Positions 61,277 to 64,000 of a DNA stretch of 64,000 nucleotides are shown in pieces (position 1 is the stretch's first letter; each line of letters opens with the position of its first letter). Both the position numbers and the translations under genes were made by a program. This DNA comes from Phoronis australis. Lineage: Eukaryota > Animalia > Phoronida. The notes beneath the pieces were generated by a model. That model searched no databases. It saw nothing but the letters and a program-made list of their open reading frames with translations, and was not told the DNA's origin. The stretch spans positions 679,871 through 743,870 of the forward strand of contig NMRA01000172.1 in assembly GCA_002633005.1 (NCBI GenBank). Reading direction: 5' to 3'.

Positions 61277-61759
61277 CTGGTTATTCCTGTGCCCTTCCTC
61301 CCCCCAATTCAAAATCCTGGGTCCGCCCCTCCTAACAAATTTGACTTCATTTTAAGTAGATCCCTTAGAGCGACAAATGTTCGGAAGGGCTTTTAAGTAA
61401 AGTCCCGCCGAAAAATTCAACTCATCAGTTTCCAAAACATTTTCACTGCGGCTCATTGCAGAGCTTAGCGGCCGCGTCGCCTATTAAAAGCTTCCGAAAA
61501 AGCGCATTATTTCGCTTACATGCGGCCTTTTACGCCGATAGTTCCTAACTTTACTGATACTCACGTTAAAAAACATTTATAATGAAATCAGCTTTGAAAT
61601 ATAAATCATGAGGAAAACAACTCCTATCTGAACTTATCAAACTAAACCTTCTTATCATCAGTGAGAAATCGAAGGTGTGGAAATTGAAATACCAGGCCAG
61701 TCATCGCTATATGCCATACACGTATATCGCTCTTAGTCGTCACAATGACGACTTACATA

Positions 61760-62119
61760 TTGATCCAGGCAATACGGCAAAATGAAGACATGACGACTTA
61801 CATATAACTCGTCTAAATGACGACTTACATATAACTCGTCTAAATGAGGCGTGCGTTCAGTAGACGCTAGGACCTACGCTAGGACCTACGCTAGGACCTA
61901 GCTAAAACCTAGTCAAAGTCACGTGTTCTCATTTAAAATACACGGCAACATCTCACGTAATCTCGCGAAGTCTCGCTTTTTAGCGAGGACCTAGCGTTAC
62001 TGAACGGGTGGCTGGACTTACATAAAAGTCGCCACTTCGATAAATCGTCCCTGTTTCGCGGCCCCCCCAGCGTGACGATTTAAATGAGGTCGCTTGTAGT
62101 ACCATATTGCCTGGATCAA
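61760..62119. mobile_element. MITE with 18-bp TIRs containing a nested MITE (61848-62012) and 27-bp tandem repeats
   Basis: TTGATCCAGGCAATACGG / CCATATTGCCTGGATCAA. ATGACGACTTACATATAACTCGTCTAA repeats. The nested copy matches 15953-16105. Confidence 0.8.
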
Positions 62120-62479
62120 GCCCAGAGTGTACTCGAATAAGCACCTGGAGTTAAAAGTTCAACACCGACTCTTGCAATGGTTGTCGGTGCACAACACTAT
62201 TTGCATAATGGAAAGCAGAAATAGCAGTAGTGCGTCCAGTCATGCATGTCAAAGGTGGGAAACTCAAACATTACACGTTGCTTTTAACTATGATGATCAA
62301 GTAGCGTGGTTGAATATTATTTACTGTAGTATTTTCTATAATACACAGTTTACAAGCTAGAAGCTCTTGAATTGTTAAGACTTCTGAAATAGTGTAACTT
62401 TTATCATTAAAAGCTATTAAACATCAAGTTTTATTCAGGCTTGCCTAAATTGTTTGATGAGACTCTGGTCACAGCACCA

Positions 62480-63225
62480 TGAATTTCATTTAGAACTCAT
62501 AGCTTTGTTGCAATGAGAGTTACGGGTGCTTAAAGACAAAGATTGGTGTTCCAATTATATGACTCATATGTTGACTGCTGATTCACGTCTGAAGAGTGAA
62601 AAATGTCTTAGGCAAGAACACCAAGTTGTAATTGCCTCAAACAGCCTAGTCATACACCATCTCTTCAAGAAAATGGGAAAGGTACTCCAAATTTTCTGCA
62701 CAATTGTTTCAAACACTGTTCATATTTCTTGTTCAACTTTGCAGACACCTGTAGAGCAAACTTGACATCTTCTATCTCCTCAAAGAACGTCTGAAACGAG
62801 ACGATTGCTTGCTTTGGTGAGTCTTTCACAAACTTTTATTTTAGAAATATTTCAAAAAACTTCAAAATAGCTATAGCTTCCATCAACACAATGGTAACTT
62901 TAAAATTCTATTAGATTTAATTATGATATAGATATTAGGTACAAAATCTGGTTAGCACAAATAAATGCATGTCACAAGATCAAAGTGATGCATGAGAAAC
63001 AACTTACCGGATCTAATGTCGAAAGTTCATTTTTAAGCTCTTCACCTCCTTCTGAAGCCTGTCGCGTTCAGCTTTCAATTTTCTGTGTTCATGTTTTGAT
63101 ACGGGTGTAGTGCTATGCGACCGTGCCATACGATTGGCTGGTAAAGTGACCCTCCGCATATGCAGACATTCCTTTTGCGAATCTTTCAGCTTCTCCTCAA
63201 GTTGCTGTACTTTCATCTACGCAGA
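62480..63225 (-). pseudogene. Exon-like coiled-coil fragments of unknown origin, probably a decayed transposon accessory gene
   Basis: MKVQQLEEKLKDSQKECLHMRR...RKLKAERDRLQKEVKSLK between AG and GTAAG-like sites, plus a further fragment FEEIEDVKFALQV. Contains stops. Confidence 0.3.
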
Positions 63226-64000
63226 ATTAATGCAGCATGAACATTGAATTAAACTAGAGGGTCTGAATATACTGAACTAATTTGTACTGCTTTATGTGGA
63301 CACCACACTTGAATTTAATAATCCAAGTTGCCAAGACAACCACGGAAGAGCTGCACTTCGTACTTTGGTTTTAACTGATACCACATTAATGGTTACCCTA
63401 TGGCCTTATTTCACAAATGCCAATATTTGACTACACACACAGTAAAATGCATACTGATAAATTCATTTTGATACACTGTGGAGGTAAGGTGGTGGAAGTA
63501 CCACTAAGTGTTATTCAAAGTAAGGAACGCTTTCCAATCAAGGGTGTGAGGTATGTGGAACAGCAACGATGTTACCATGGGTCTTGTTTTTCAATGCATT
63601 GGCGAAGTCGGCAGATAATTACACCATCTTCATTCAAGTGTTTGATCATTCTGTAGAGTTCTCCTTTTAGGTGACGTGTAGTTTTCACTGAAGGTGTTTT
63701 GAGTTAATAAGTAATGTCTGAACTTTGTATATAATATACTGTAAGCATGACGTTCCTTGCCAAAGCGCTACTTATTTGTTTTCTTGTATTGTTTTGGCCT
63801 AAACCCAGAAGTTGGAATGGTTTCTGTGACTCTTTCAACTAAGATGGTAGATAACTGGCCTGCTGCTCCTGATGCTGGACAAAAATGCATGGGAACGCTT
63901 AACAATGGGCTAGTCTCTGAACTAGCTTTAAAACCACTTGTCATTTGAAGAAACGTGTCCCTTGTTCTGAACTCAGGTTAGAAGTGAGTTTTTGAAATAA

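Overview
Eukaryotic, AT-rich, repeat-dominated genomic DNA. The transposon repertoire and receptor type suggest a marine invertebrate, possibly a mollusc or other lophotrochozoan (inference). Only one intact host gene is evident: an 884-aa single-exon-CDS secretin-class (Methuselah/adhesion-like) GPCR with a somatomedin-B-like and Cys-rich ectodomain (36985-39639, +). The rest is decayed or non-autonomous mobile DNA: an L1/Tx1 LINE, a Crypton tyrosine-recombinase element, a gag-only Ngaro/DIRS-like element, Kolobok, P/THAP9, two CR1/L2-group LINEs, two Penelope remnants with hammerhead-like motifs, Harbinger and ISL2EU elements, Academ, two inverted Polinton/Maverick-type polB fragments, several MITEs, a ~2.5-3 kb composite repeat in four copies, short satellites and two assembly gaps. 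No rRNA, CRISPR array or intact tRNA was seen. The most notable observations are: recurrent TA>TACATGTA insertions visible by paralog comparison; a Ngaro-type terminal module found again inside a TIR element; head-to-head polB copies sharing a frameshift around a flip/flop palindromic array; and a periodic CTCF-like motif array. Family assignments are by-eye motif recognition with no database search, and repeat boundaries are approximate.
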